A stretch of 63,076 nt of DNA, filler included, from Sphacelaria rigidula (lineage: Eukaryota): NCBI GenBank assembly GCA_964200075.2. It is 7 parts of 7 records of this genome, joined end to end, with 100 filler letters (N's around TTAATTAATTAA, not from the genome) between each part and the next. Parts side by side here need not be neighbours in the genome. Positions count along the whole stretch, not along the records: positions 1 to 8,927 come from CAXNAA020009734.1; positions 9,028 to 17,953 come from CAXNAA020009735.1; 5 more parts are not named here. One strand, 5' to 3'. A program made the translations under genes and the position numbers. This document shows positions 1 to 12,066 of this stretch, piece after piece; positions within the stretch are counted from its first letter, which is position 1, and each line of letters starts with the position of its first letter. The notes under the pieces were generated by a model, which was not told the DNA's origin, did not search any database, and saw nothing but the letters and a program-made list of their open reading frames with translations.

Positions 1-68
1 GAAGATTTTAATCCTCCGGGTTCTCATCCTCAATCAATAGCACCATCCTCAACATAGATGATTGGCTG
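1..68. mobile_element. Terminal fragment of the palindromic MITE family (full copy at 46214-46653)
   Basis: gaagattttaatcctccgggttctcatcctcaat...gattggctg aligns with 46587-46653 and with 27730-27798. Confidence 0.8.
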
Positions 69-789
69 TTTAAAGCGTTGCCGTCTGTAGGGACAGAGAC
101 TTCGCCGACTCATGGACGTTCGCATCCTACTCATGAAGGCACCTCGATCGTGTGTTCGTCACCAGGCAAACAAAGTGTTACGAAAGACGACTCGTCTCCT
201 AACTCGCCAACGTTGGCACCTTTAAAAGACGCCGGATTGAACAGTACAGCTTTACCAACCCCGCGTCCTGACGCATCGTCTCCAAAACCCCCCATGTTGG
301 CCCTAAGTAGTGATAGTATTGAGATGATTGGCGTATCAAACTCAACACCGCGTCCCGATGAATCGTCCCCCGCTCCGACCAAGCTGGATAATGTAGTTGA
401 TCCCGCTTTGCACAATGATGATTCGCCCCCTCTGTTGGCCAATAAGGGTGAAACACGACGCACAGATCAGTTGTCGGGTCCAACCACGAGAACTGCCCTT
501 CCCCGGCATCGCCCCTCCGTCGCAGTATATGAGACTCAATCCTCGACTGATGAGACAAATATCCCAGGCACAAACACTGACACTCCATGCACGCACCATC
601 CTCCCGACCAAAAGCTTGTCCCACAAGATCATCAACGAGTGTATTTTAGCACCTTCGTTCAAAACGTAATGCAGGGTGTGTCAGATGTCTTACCCGAATT
701 CGGGCCCGATCTCGTCAGTGGTACTGCAACTATGGATGATGCTTCTTTTACGACCAAAATATGTTTACATAGTGGAGCGCGTGCAAACT

Positions 790-1095
790 GTCATTTGATA
801 GCTCTTGCACTACCAGACTCTGGTTCATCTCAAACGTTCATTACAGCCCGATGCTGGCAACAAATTATCAAGGCGGGTGCGGCGGACGAGCATTGTCTGT
901 CCACCGTGCGCCCTCGTGTTTTTGGTGGGTTTGGTTCCTCCACATCTCTTACGGTCAATCAATCGGTGAGACTAAGTGTACAATTCTACCAGGATACTAC
1001 TCCCACTGCTCGGTTGCCCGTATGGGCACTAATAGTGCCCGACGGTTCCATGTCTTTTGACGTTTTGTTGGGTCGAGATAGCTGGCTTCGTTTTT
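790..1095 (+). pseudogene. Retroviral-type aspartic protease domain of Gypsy element 1
   Basis: ALPDSGSSQTFI catalytic motif and C-terminal DVLLGRDSW in ORF 78-1259. Confidence 0.85.
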
Positions 1096-1693
1096 TCACA
1101 CACACACGTACACGACGGACACACTTGTCCCGAACCATCCAGTCACAGGCAAACTGTCACTGGGTCACTTCGACACTGATTCGGGAGCACATGCTTATGA
1201 GGATGACCCCACGCAAACAGGTACTGCTTCCCGTCTGTACTATGTTGGTGAACCTGTAGTCTCGCTTTCTCGTGAACCCCAACTTATCGAAGTGAACCTC
1301 GGGAGACGTAGTGGATCGCCCGCCCTCACAGGACATTATTTGGTCGAATTGCTCAAACCTCACCAAGCACAGGTTGGTCCGTTTGAATAGACCGAAGTCT
1401 TTGTCCACGAAGGTAGGCAGGCTATTTACCTCACGTCCCCTGCATGTTTCGATATACTCAATGGTCAGTTGTTGGGTTATGCTCAAGCTCCTCTCATACG
1501 GACCGCCCTGTCAGATGTGTGCCCCCCTATGGACAACAACTCGTCAACCGACCCCCCAAAATCCACGGCCCCCCCTCCGCTATATATGTCTGGCGCCATG
1601 GTGGTGACGAATCCACCGTATGCGCCTGACCCTCAACCCCCAACTGCATTACTGGATATATTTTCTCCAGAATAACGCGCCAGTCTTCAAAAG

Positions 1694-3418
1694 TTGTGGG
1701 ATGGCATTTCCCCTCACTTACGGCATATTGTTTTGTATCTATCTGGCGATGGGTGGTCACCTACTATAATCGATAGATTGAGATCCATCTTGATTGGATA
1801 TTCTGAACGGGTTTCTACTGCATCCCTGGATTTAGGTCGATGTACCACGACGCCGTTCAAGATCAAAAGCCCTGATGGCACTTCGCCTATCGCTCTGCGT
1901 CCGTACCGTACGAATCCCCTCTCAGCGGATAAAATCCAGGTACTTCTCGATGGTTACTTATCCGCCGGTTTATTTCGGCACTCGACGTCTCCGTGGGCCT
2001 CGCCTTGAGTAGTCGTCCGTACGAAGAATGGCAAAATCAGACTGGCGATCAATTATCAACGATTGAACGCTGTCACCAAAATCGCCCGGCTGCCACTTCC
2101 ACGTATTGATGAAATTGTAGACTCTCTTAGCGGGGGTAAGGTATTTCCGAACTTTGACATGCAGTCCGGCTACCACCAGCTCGTGATGGATCCAAATCTC
2201 ATTGAACTGACAGCGTTTTGCACGCCATCAGGTTTGTACGAGTGGTTGGTTTCACCACAAGGTGCCGCCGGAGCTCCAGGTGCGTTTCAACGTGTAATGT
2301 TCCGTATAACTGATGGATTGCCCAAGTGCCATATGTACCTTGATGACGCGATGTGCCACGACTCCACACCGGCTGAACACGTCGAACAGTTGGTATCATT
2401 CTTTAATCGGTTTGAACAACACAACTTGAAACTCGCCCCCTCGAAATCCCGCATTGGCGCCACGAAGATTGAGTTCTTGGGTCATTGCATCACCCCCGAA
2501 GGTCGTAGCCCAAACCTCGACGAGGTCGCCGCACTCTTCGATATGCCCATGCCACGGGACATTTCTCAGCTGCGTTCCTTGTTGGGAGGTCTAAGTTACT
2601 ACAGACAGTACTTGCCAAACCTTGCCCAAACGCTAGAAACCCTGACCACCCTCCTCAAAAAAGGGGTGAAAATTGTGGTCACATTGGAAATGGAAAAAAC
2701 CGTCCGCCGTATTCTTGACACCCTTTCGCGCCCGCCGATTCTCGTCTTCTCCGACTGGTCGGCCGCGGAGCAGGGTTCCCGCCCTCTTCGGCTCCACACA
2801 GATTCTTCCAAAATTGGGTTTGGCTGCACATTAGAACAGGAGCAAGTCGATGCTACTGTTCGTCCCATTGTCTATCTGAGTCGCACCACTTTTACGAATG
2901 AACAGAATTGGTCTGTCATGGAACAAGAGGCCAACGCAGTTGTTTGGGGCGTGCGACGTCTGCGTCAGTACTTGTATGACATCCCGTTTGTGATTTATAC
3001 CGATTATAAGTCTTTGGAAAGCCTTGCCAAAATGGCGGAACATAACGCTAGGGTACAACGCTGGTTCGAAATCCTGTCGTCTTACAACTTTCAACTGAAG
3101 TACCGCACAGGTCCCCAGAACGCAAACGCCGACTTCTTATCACGCTTGCCCACACCAGCTCAACCTATCGATAAATCCCCCATGGGACGTATCACCGATA
3201 CCACCGAAGACGTTGTATATTTCATTAGCAGGAATGGACATAGAGGTCTCTACACACCACTTTCACCAAAAGAAACGCCGGCTTTAGGCATGGGTGGGCT
3301 GACGACCACAGCCCACGCATCAGTTCTAGGCAGCTTGCAACCTAAATCGTTGAACTCAGTTTGGAATGGACTGTCTACGAATACTGTTGGCTATGATCAT
3401 TTTCGTGCAACTCGCTAG
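1694..3418 (+). pseudogene. Reverse transcriptase and RNase H of Gypsy element 1 (interrupted)
   Basis: ORFs 1694-2008 and 2063-3418 carry RT motifs (YLDD) and RNase H motifs. Confidence 0.93.
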
Positions 3419-4199
3419 CGCATGGTTTTCGCAGCAGGTGTAGAACCGTCCTTTGCTGACTCCGTCTCACCAGTTCAAGTTCGAGATTTGATTTCGAGTA
3501 GGACTCGTGGACGGCGGACCACCGAAATGGCCACCAAAATAGCCGTATCTGGCCCTGACCTTCCCCTCCCTGCCCCCACCCCGGTCCCCGATACTTTCCT
3601 TGCGCCCCCGTAGCCTCCGCCCCCGTAGCCTCCGCGACGCAAGGCCCCCAGAAAATCGACCCTGACCGTGCCGCCCCTGCCAACCATAGCCGAAACCACG
3701 GCTGTGCCCCCCTTCCTTGGTGATGATATTGCAAACACCACCACAACACCCTCCACGCTAATCGACGCAGGAGTAGACGTTAACGTTCCGTCTGACAGTA
3801 CACCAGCTGGTAGGCTCACCCTTGATTCCAAAATCACCGCTTCGTGCCAGCCCCGCCCCGAACCGACCCAACACGAAGTAGACGCCTCAACAGATGGCGT
3901 ATTCAAGGAACGTTGAATTCTCTTCTCCCACGCCAACAGTCAGAGCCTGGTTGTAAATCAGCTATCCATTATCTAAAGGTTGTCCATGTCCATGATCAGA
4001 AATCTAATTCCATTTGCAAGTCGGGACTCTCAAAGCGCCCACACAGGATGAAGTTGCTGAACTTTCAAGGAAAGGTATGCTGCATACAGATGATGATGGT
4101 ATAGTTCTGTTAGTTCGCCGGCAGTAGCCCTCTTATGACTACAGCATGCATGATCATGAGTACACCACAGCAGCCCTACCCAGGGGAAGGCCTACAAGT

Positions 4200-6125
4200 C
4201 GACATGCCCGCTTGCTAGGTGATAAACCCATCCGCATCTATGTCCCGAAGCTCCTGCGCCCATGGGTTCTACACGAATGCCATTCACAGCCATCGACTCA
4301 TTTAGGCGCCCTTAGGACCTCCCAGAGATGTCGGAACGTTGTTATTGGTGGATGTGTATGGATCAGTGTTGTCGTTGGTGGGTGAGGCGTTGTCTATTGT
4401 GTCAGGCGCGAAACACTTGCTGTCAAACAGTTCGTTGGCCGATTGTTTCCATGCCACTCCCAAACGGGCCTGGTGAAGTAGTTTCGTGGGACTATTCTGG
4501 CCCTTTGCCCCTGACGGATGGTGGGAACAAGTATATTTTGTTGTTTACGGATAGATTTAGTCGACATGCGGTGATGCACGCCGTCCCCCCCAGTAGTTAT
4601 ACCGCGGAAGGTACCGCCAACATTCTTGTATACATGTACATCCCACAGTGGGGCGTGCCCAAACGCTTTCTGTCTGACAACGGCCCGCATTTTTCAGGCA
4701 AACTTTCAGCCGCCGTCAGTGACCTTTTGGGTGCCCATCGCATTTTTACTAGTTCATATCACCCTTCCATCAATGGTGGAACGGAACGTGTGAAACATAC
4801 GATAGCACAGATGCTTGCTGCTGTAGCAAGTGAGAGACAGATGGACTGGGATCTGCACCTTCTCCTTGTCCAAATGAACTACAACAATTCAGTCAGTGCC
4901 GCTACGGGATTGTCGCCGAATGAAATTCATATTGGATGCATGCCTAGGTTAACTTTAACGGTATTCGAACGCAAAAATACAGGCGGACATCAGCGTCTGG
5001 GTCGTGATGTTGTAGAGTATCATTTGTCGGTTAGCAATTGCCTTCGTCTTGCATATGAAGTAGTACGAGAACAGAACCAAATCAATTTGGCCAAGGTGGC
5101 CAGGGTGAACTCGATGTTGGATGATGTGGTACATAACCGCCCGGTGTGGAAGGTAGGCCAATGGGCATGGGTGTATAACGATTTGAAGACCATCAATCAA
5201 GGGGCTAGCTCGAAATCATCATCTTTGGACAAAGTGTTGAAGGCGAAATTATCCTTGAATTGGACTGGCCCTTGGGAAAGTTGAGCTCTTGGTCCAAGCG
5301 CTACCGCACCCGACAAGAGTCCGGTGGGAGAGAAACTTCTGTATTTACATTTTCCCACAGATGAACCTGGTTTGAAACCGAAGAATCGCGTCTCGATGCT
5401 ACGATGCAAACCGTGTATCCCCTCTCATGACTCCTCTGACATGCCCAAACAACTGCCGCTAGGGCTTAGCCAGTATGTGTTGACCAAGTATGCGATCAAA
5501 GCTCCGTCGTATCATATGACGGTCGAGGATGCGGACGCACCCCTGGAACGCGTTGAGGTAGATAGGATTTCGGGCCATCAACTGGTTCGCGGTCGTGGAG
5601 GTAAGATAGCGGTAATGTATCAAACACATTGGAAGGGTATCATGCGTGTTACATGGGAGCGTGAAGTTGATTTGCGTAATTTTCGTCGGAAAATATTGCT
5701 GTACTGGGTAGGAGATACCGTTCAACACCGCCCGTTGAATAAGAAATATCGGTCGATGGGCAAGGGAGCTGCCGCTCGGGAACTGGTACGTGAATACTCA
5801 GCGCGGTTTGTTGTGACAGGCTATAGCCTTCTTTCGCGTTCACAATACATGCAGTCTTTTCACGGAAAACGATTGCCAAAGGGGACGTACTTTTGGTGTG
5901 AGGCCTCGGATTCACTGTGGTGGTAGGGCAAAATTCATTTCGTCGATCCTGCATCTGACCACTCCTACTTTATCCGTTTCCTCGATGACCCAAGCCCCTT
6001 ACGATTCGCTTGGATGATGCCTACTACACCGAGGAGCCGACCTCTCGGAGGGGATCCTGGTGCCTCCAACGACACGACCAAGGCGAACTCGAAACAGCCG
6101 TTCTACGGAACACGGACACCATTTG
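4200..6125 (+). pseudogene. Integrase, chromodomain and C-terminal Tudor/SH3-like region of Gypsy element 1 (frameshifted)
   Basis: H-H...C-C zinc finger remnant, DDE core (WD, SDNG, TER), WTGPW (GPY/F-like), chromodomain VDRISGHQ...YQTHWKG...TWEREVDL at ~5546-5675. Confidence 0.9.
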
Positions 6126-8927
6126 GTATGCAGATGACTCATGATGCCGCATCCGAGTCTGCTTTCCCATTCACCTTGCGTAGTGTATCGCGTTCGAGTC
6201 GCTTGTCTTGCACCGTAGCGTCGTTGGCAAACCGTATTCCCCCCCCCCCCCCCATCATTTGTTTCGTACTGTTTCCCGTACTTGTAGTGGTTGATGTTGT
6301 ATGTGGTATATAGGTATTTCGTGTCTTGTTTTTGTATTTCGTGTTTTGTTTTTAGTTGCTTTGGATCCTGATTTTGTGTTTTGGTTTTCTTTGCCTTTGC
6401 GTCATTTTGTTTTGATTTCTTTTTGTCTTTTTTCCCCCCCTTCTTTTCTTCTCTCTTCGCCTCGTGCTTTGTGTTTGATTTTTTTGTGTTCAATGGGTAA
6501 TTGCTTTGGTTATTTCTGGGTTCATCTGGCAAAGTACAAATGACGACCGTTCCATTCCCGACCCCGAGTCTGGAACCTTGAACCTCTGTCCTCCGCGCCG
6601 TACATTCACAACTATTCCGTCTACTGGAACGGTTGCCACGAGTTATATTTCTTCATTTTTGTTTTTTCGTTGTACACATATTATGTCTTCTTTTGTATAT
6701 TATGTTGTTGTTTTTCATTTTTTTTGTCTTTTCGGTCGAGAGTTTTAGGAGAGAGCGCCAGATATACCTGACTTCCCCGTCTGGAATAATTGCGCTCTTG
6801 CCCAACAGCTCCGTACACGCATACCGCCTCCCCATTCAGGATCGGTAATGGCGTGTCCCGCTTTTGTGTGCGTACCACGTTGAGTTTTATATTCAAATGG
6901 GTTTTCCTGAAATGCTTTGACCTTCCTGTCTGAAACTTTTGATCCTGCTTGCTTCATACACACGATAACCGCTCCCGTGCACAAGGAGGGTTGTCACGTG
7001 TTATGTTTTTGCTTTATGTTGCAGATATTTCGTTTACGCTGTTGCCTAGCGTGCCCCTGGTTTTTTATTTATTTTGGTCTTGGTTCCTGCGGGTATGTCG
7101 GGAATTCGCCATGAGTGTTCCAACGTTCCTGACCCTCAAGTCTAGAACACTTGGCCTCTTTTGTTTTTGAAAGTCCGCCGCGTGTGACCGACCTCGTGTA
7201 TAAGAAGGTCACGGGTGATGCGACACGATGATTTATATTTGGCGATTGGTAAGTTGCAACGAGGTTACCACTGGCCGCGTCGTAGATAGTGGTGTTGAAG
7301 AATTGCCATTAGTCGCGGTATCATCGGTTGCAAACGTCTCCTCATACAGGACCATTAAGTATCATGATAAGGTAGATTGCTCTTCCGGAACTGTCCGTTC
7401 TGCCATGTCGATATTCGACCGTTGGTACAACCTACAGGCTCGGAGTCCGCCACTCGCTATTTTTTCTTGTCACTTTTACCACCTTTTTTCGTACAATTAC
7501 CCGCCCCTGAAATCGGTCGGTGGTGTTTTGTTTTTATCACGGATTATTGGACGATGTAACATGATGGTACGACCGGCTCTTGGTTTTACTCCAGGTTGTG
7601 TTCGAGCCAGTCTCGTTTCAGTCCAAACGGGCAAATACGGTGAGGAGTGGGCTGCATTCGTCCTCTCTGTCCTGTGTATTTGTTGTGGTTCAGAAATATG
7701 GTGGGCGATCCGCCTCGGAACTACGTAGTAGGCCCGAAGGTTGTGTATCGACTCCACTACGTTTCTTTCAACGTTTACGAACACCTTACCTCACAAACCG
7801 GTCGGTTGTTTTCGTATCTCGTCGAGTGAGAAAAAAAATGCTGTACGACTGGATCATTTCCCAGACGTCTCAGGCAAGTTGTTGCTCTCACAACCATGTA
7901 CCGACAATTAACTCCAGTCAACAAGTTGATTTGTCCGTATCATGCTATTTGCTTTTTATTATCAACGTATGGTTTTCGCGGGAAACTACCATTTCCGCTA
8001 CGAAGTCGGCTGTACGTTGCTGGCTTTTGCTGAATGACTGGGACGGGTGATAAGCATGAACTTGGTTATGGGCGTGATATAATGCCTTGGCGGGCTTGCT
8101 TGTTTTTCTACCAATGACCTAAAACAAATCGGACATCCACAAAATGGTGAGATATTATGTTCATGATACAATTATGGCAGAGTAGGATGATCGTTTCATT
8201 GATAGGTCTCTGATTTCCTGTGGCTATCCCGGAAATTCTTACGGCATTCTGAAGACAATGCATTTTGTGGTATATGGTTTTGATTGTTGATTTTGGATGT
8301 ATTTTTTTATTTTTTGGATTCCCCATGAATCCGTCTGAAAAGCTCATGAAACATGAGGACACTGAATTATTGTATCGGTTCCATTCTTTTTCTCTTTTTT
8401 TTTTCTCCTTGTGCTTGCATTTCATGGATTTTTTTGCGTCTATCGCCCCTTCCCGTTCCCCGTATCAAAGAAGACAAGATCTTCACAATGAGACTCAGTT
8501 TTCTGTGGTGTGGGAGAGGTGTGGCTTGATGCAAGTTCGTCCCTTCTGAGAAGGGACTGCACTTGAACGATCTAGGGTGGGCTAACGTGATGGTAAATAA
8601 CCGAGTGCGTGGATTAAACTAGTTCTTTGAGATTCGCCGATGGTCCCCAGAAACGACCGGCGGGTATGAAAAGATTCTAGTCGAAAGTGTGCTTGTATAA
8701 GGTAGAAAATGGATTGTTTTATGGTTGATACAGCTGCTTGAAGTTGGATACAGAGCTGTACCTGACCAGCCGCAGGCGTACGTCACTACTGACCCTTTGA
8801 TTGGCCACATCATGGCGCGTCAGGCTGATTTTGTAGTATGACAGGGTTGTATGCGAGGCAGGGTAAGGGCGAGCAGCACCCCTACCTCGCCTACCGAGTT
8901 TACTTGACACACCGACCAAGTCTGCAG

Positions 8928-9027
8928 NNNNNNNNNNNNNNNNNNNNNNNNNNNNNNNNNNNNNNNNNNNNTTAATTAATTAANNNNNNNNNNNNNNNNN
9001 NNNNNNNNNNNNNNNNNNNNNNNNNNN
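8928..9027. other. Artificial contig linker N44-TTAATTAATTAA-N44
   Basis: Six-frame stop linker. The same 100-nt string recurs at 17954, 26980, 36005, 45029 and 54053. Confidence 0.97.
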
Positions 9028-9034
9028 GAGTTAA

Positions 9035-10027
9035 CCCTTCTGGGACCGGGCCTCCAGAACGACCAATGAGGCTGGTCAGGAATGATGTGTCTGGCGTCTG
9101 CACGAAACAGTGGCGTGTTGCTGAAAATCCGCGCATGTAACCGCAGGGTTGTCATGACGAAGACCGAAAGTTTCATCCAATCTGTTTCCAGGTGCAGGGT
9201 GCGCATTAGGCGGTGTGCATCTGATGTAGCAAGCAGTATGAGTCATGGTAAAGAGCTTCCAACAGGATGCGGCGACATGTGGCTTTGGATGATACTATAC
9301 TTTTGTCCTCATCACCTTGCCCTTTGTGGTCGGGGTGAGCCGCCATTTCCCCCCTTGTTGCATGCGGCAAATATTCTCTTCAAAGGGTATCGGCGTTGCG
9401 GCGCGCATGCATACAACAGTATAGTACAGTACAGTATGGTACGCCTCTCCGACTGAAGCAGCAGCTGCCGCTGCATACCCCCTTGCACGTTCTTGGCAAT
9501 TCTCAGCTACCGAAATCAGCTGCCTATCAACAGCTTTTTCATCCCCGTCCACTAATACATGTTGACTGCACACTGCAAGTTATCGGCAGAGGGATTCGCA
9601 GAATTCATTACGGTAGCTCCTTGCCACAGCCCACCTGGATTTTGTGCCTCGTGAAAATGACCACATGGTGGCATGTACACTCCTTCCCGGGTTTTTCCGG
9701 TCCATCATGTGTTGGTGTAAATTACTACGTTTTAGTACAGAGTTGGGACCCGAAAAACACTCCGGGAAAACTCGGGAACGGTATACTGAGAGCAAGTAAT
9801 ACCATAAAACCAAGCTGCGACCGCCCTGCACTTGAAAACCTGGGGAGGCTTATCTGGGCCAGGGATAGGGCCCCCACACGATCTTTGCAGTGGCATTACA
9901 CTCGACAACAATCCCCGCGCTGGTCGTTGGGGTCTGGTCGATGAATTGGTCAGGTCGCTCGAAGACATATTTTTTTATTATTTCCCTGACACAGGGTTGT
10001 GTTAGTGGAGGTCCGGTCCCAAAAGGG
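9035..10027. mobile_element. Non-autonomous piggyBac-like DNA element
   Basis: TTAA on both sides (9031-9034, 10028-10031). 22-bp TIR CCCTTCTGGGACCGGGCCTCCA vs CCCTTTTGGGACCGGACCTCCA. Confidence 0.85.
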
Positions 10028-10079
10028 TTAATGACAAAAGTCAATACCCAGTTTTCGAGAAGATGGCGTTAATAACTGA

Positions 10080-10340
10080 ATTGAAAAAAAAAACTTTTAG
10101 CCCAGGCGTAATTTGTTTTTGATATGCCCCATACATTCTCCGTACTGAATTTGAAAGTCCAACTCTCAATATTGAGCCTGGACGGCGCTTTTCAGACATC
10201 GGGCCGGTCGGAATTCGGAACAGGTTTTTGCAGGTGATTTCCCGGCCCAGGTTTGATACTTGTGTTTCGAAATTCTGTGGAAGATCCCGCTAGGCCATGA
10301 TGAACCAAAAAAGTGAGACACGGTGGTTTTTGTTTATATT
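10080..10340 (-). repeat. Partial inverted copy of the CGAGCTGGGCCAGC-TIR element family
   Basis: Reverse complement resembles 62520-62760 and 11750-11870. Confidence 0.55.
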
Positions 10341-10454
10341 TTTCACATGTTTGGGACGTTTTAGTATAGTAAAGACCATATTCTCACCACAACGTCCATA
10401 CCGCTCCAAAATAGTGTATGAGATATTCCGAACTCACGAGCGTGAAGCATAGTT

Positions 10455-10600
10455 TGTAACGAGGCGTCCACGATATGTAATGCTGGTTTTAGTGTGTGTT
10501 TGGGTCCGGTTCGTGGATTCGTGCTACAGTTTGTTCGGGGGTACACAAGCGTTCGCGACCGTTCGAATGGACGCATGATCGCGGTGGTCCTGCAATGTTT
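10455..10600 (+). repeat. Dispersed repeat, second copy at ~17664-17860
   Basis: Shared tgtaacgaggcgtccacga...ggattcgtgct...gcgttcgc...gatcgcg...ctgcaatgttt. Confidence 0.7.
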
Positions 10601-10759
10601 TCGGCGATTTATACTGGAATGAGTGTATAATGTCCGCACCCGCCCGCACACGAGCTTTCCATAATGTCTATACATTAGAATTATAGTAAATAGCATATCC
10701 AAAGTTTAGCATCTATCGAAGGTGGAATCTGGCGGACCGATTACAAGATGTGCGTCTAC

Positions 10760-10990
10760 CCTGTAGCTAGAAGGTAACTTCAACCATATGACAGAGGTCG
10801 GCATGGGTTCGAGTCCTCTGTCGGCTCCTTCCTTTCGCTCGTGTAGGGCGTGAGTGAACAAACACTGTTCCTTCACACCGAGAGTTCTCAGTATGTTAAG
10901 GTATTCTGCAGGTGAAATATGACATTATAGATGTGCAAGACGTCGGTATGGGTGCGAACGCTGTGTCGGCTACATGTTTTTTGCTCGTAC
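10760..10990 (+). repeat. tRNA-derived SINE-like or tandem degenerate units
   Basis: B-box-like GGTTCGAGTCC (~10806-10816). Unit repeated as gcgtgagt...actgtt...cttcacaccg at 10848, and split across 12047 and 14022. Confidence 0.4.
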
Positions 10991-12042
10991 GAGCTGGGCC
11001 AGCCTAGACACGGATTTAAGCTCTCAAAGCAATATCTCGTCGACACGGACTAGTTAGGCCATGATCGCATATTGTAATAATCGTCTAACCAAGGGGAAGG
11101 TGCCCATCTGCTCAAAATTTTGGCCCATATTTTCTCGTTAATCAAACCCCATGTGTAGTAATTCGTATACCTGAGGGAGCTAGCGTCCACATTAAAATCT
11201 CTATGAAACCCCCGATCGATGCATTCAGCGGATGACGACGAATTTTAGTGTGAACATTCCCTGGAGCACGGGAAGACGATAGATACCCTCACCTTCACCT
11301 AATTCGTAATCTATCTCGAGATATGGCCCACATGAGTTCCCATACTAGAATCAGTATATAACGAGCAGATGCGCTCGATTAGCTCAACCTGGATTTCGCG
11401 TCCCAGTTTTTGAGAGTTATGCTATAAAATTTCGTATGGAAAACCGCTAGTGCATAATGAAGGTTATAAACACAGTTTTTTTTTTTTTTTCATTTTTTTC
11501 GTTTTTTGTCCAACATTTTTGGGGGTTTTGGGGCAGTATTGAGGGGAAATGAATACTGATCTTGGGCCTCATCTCAATCTTTTAGCTCGATTTTTAGAAC
11601 TGTAATTTGAAACTCAGGATAAAGAACCACAGAGGTATGCCAAAAAAAAATGGGCCCTCAGTTGTTTTTGGGAGAGGTTCGAGCGTTCTCGTAAAACAAT
11701 GGCGGTTTCCACACCAAAACGCCCTAAACCAGTAAAAAAATAATAAAAAAAACAACCTGACCCACTTTGTTACGTCAATCATGCCCTAGCCACGGCCCAC
11801 ACAAACTTTCAATACACAAACACCAAACGTGGGCCGGTAGGTGGCCTGCAAAATACTGTTCCGAATTTCTTCTGACCCCGTCACTAAATGGCCCATTATA
11901 CGGCCAATATTCAGGATTGGCCCTGAAATTTGGTATGGACATTATTATTCAATGTCTACCCCAAATTTCAGGGCCAACTCAAAATATTGGCCGTAGAATG
12001 GGCCTGCAAACTACAGAATCGCTTCTCTGCTGGCCCAGCTCG
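10990..12042 (+). mobile_element. Non-autonomous TA-targeting (Tc1/mariner-like) DNA element
   Basis: TA at 10988-10989 and 12043-12044. Perfect 14-bp TIR CGAGCTGGGCCAGC. Internal hairpin 11890-12004. Homologous copy at 62104-62987. Confidence 0.85.
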
Positions 12043-12066
12043 TAGTGCGTGAGTAGAACGCTGTTA

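Larger units (their letters stand above)
78..6125 (+). mobile_element. Degenerate Ty3/Gypsy (chromovirus-like) LTR retrotransposon, internal pol region
   Basis: Domain order PR-RT-RH-IN-chromo. Protease LPDSGSSQTFI...DVLLGRD; RT PWASP, INYQRLN, LPRIDEI, YEWLVSPQG, YLDD; RNase H LHTDSS...EQEA...YTDY...NANADFLSR; integrase WDYSGPLP, SDNGPHF, YHPSINGGTER; chromodomain. Several stops and frameshifts (e.g. TGA 2006-2008, TAG 3416-3418). LTRs not identified. Confidence 0.95.

Noticed and set aside
5999-6532. Lys-rich antisense ORF (177 aa) downstream of Gypsy 1
   Set aside because: Explained by a T-rich low-complexity 3' region, with no counterpart in element 2.
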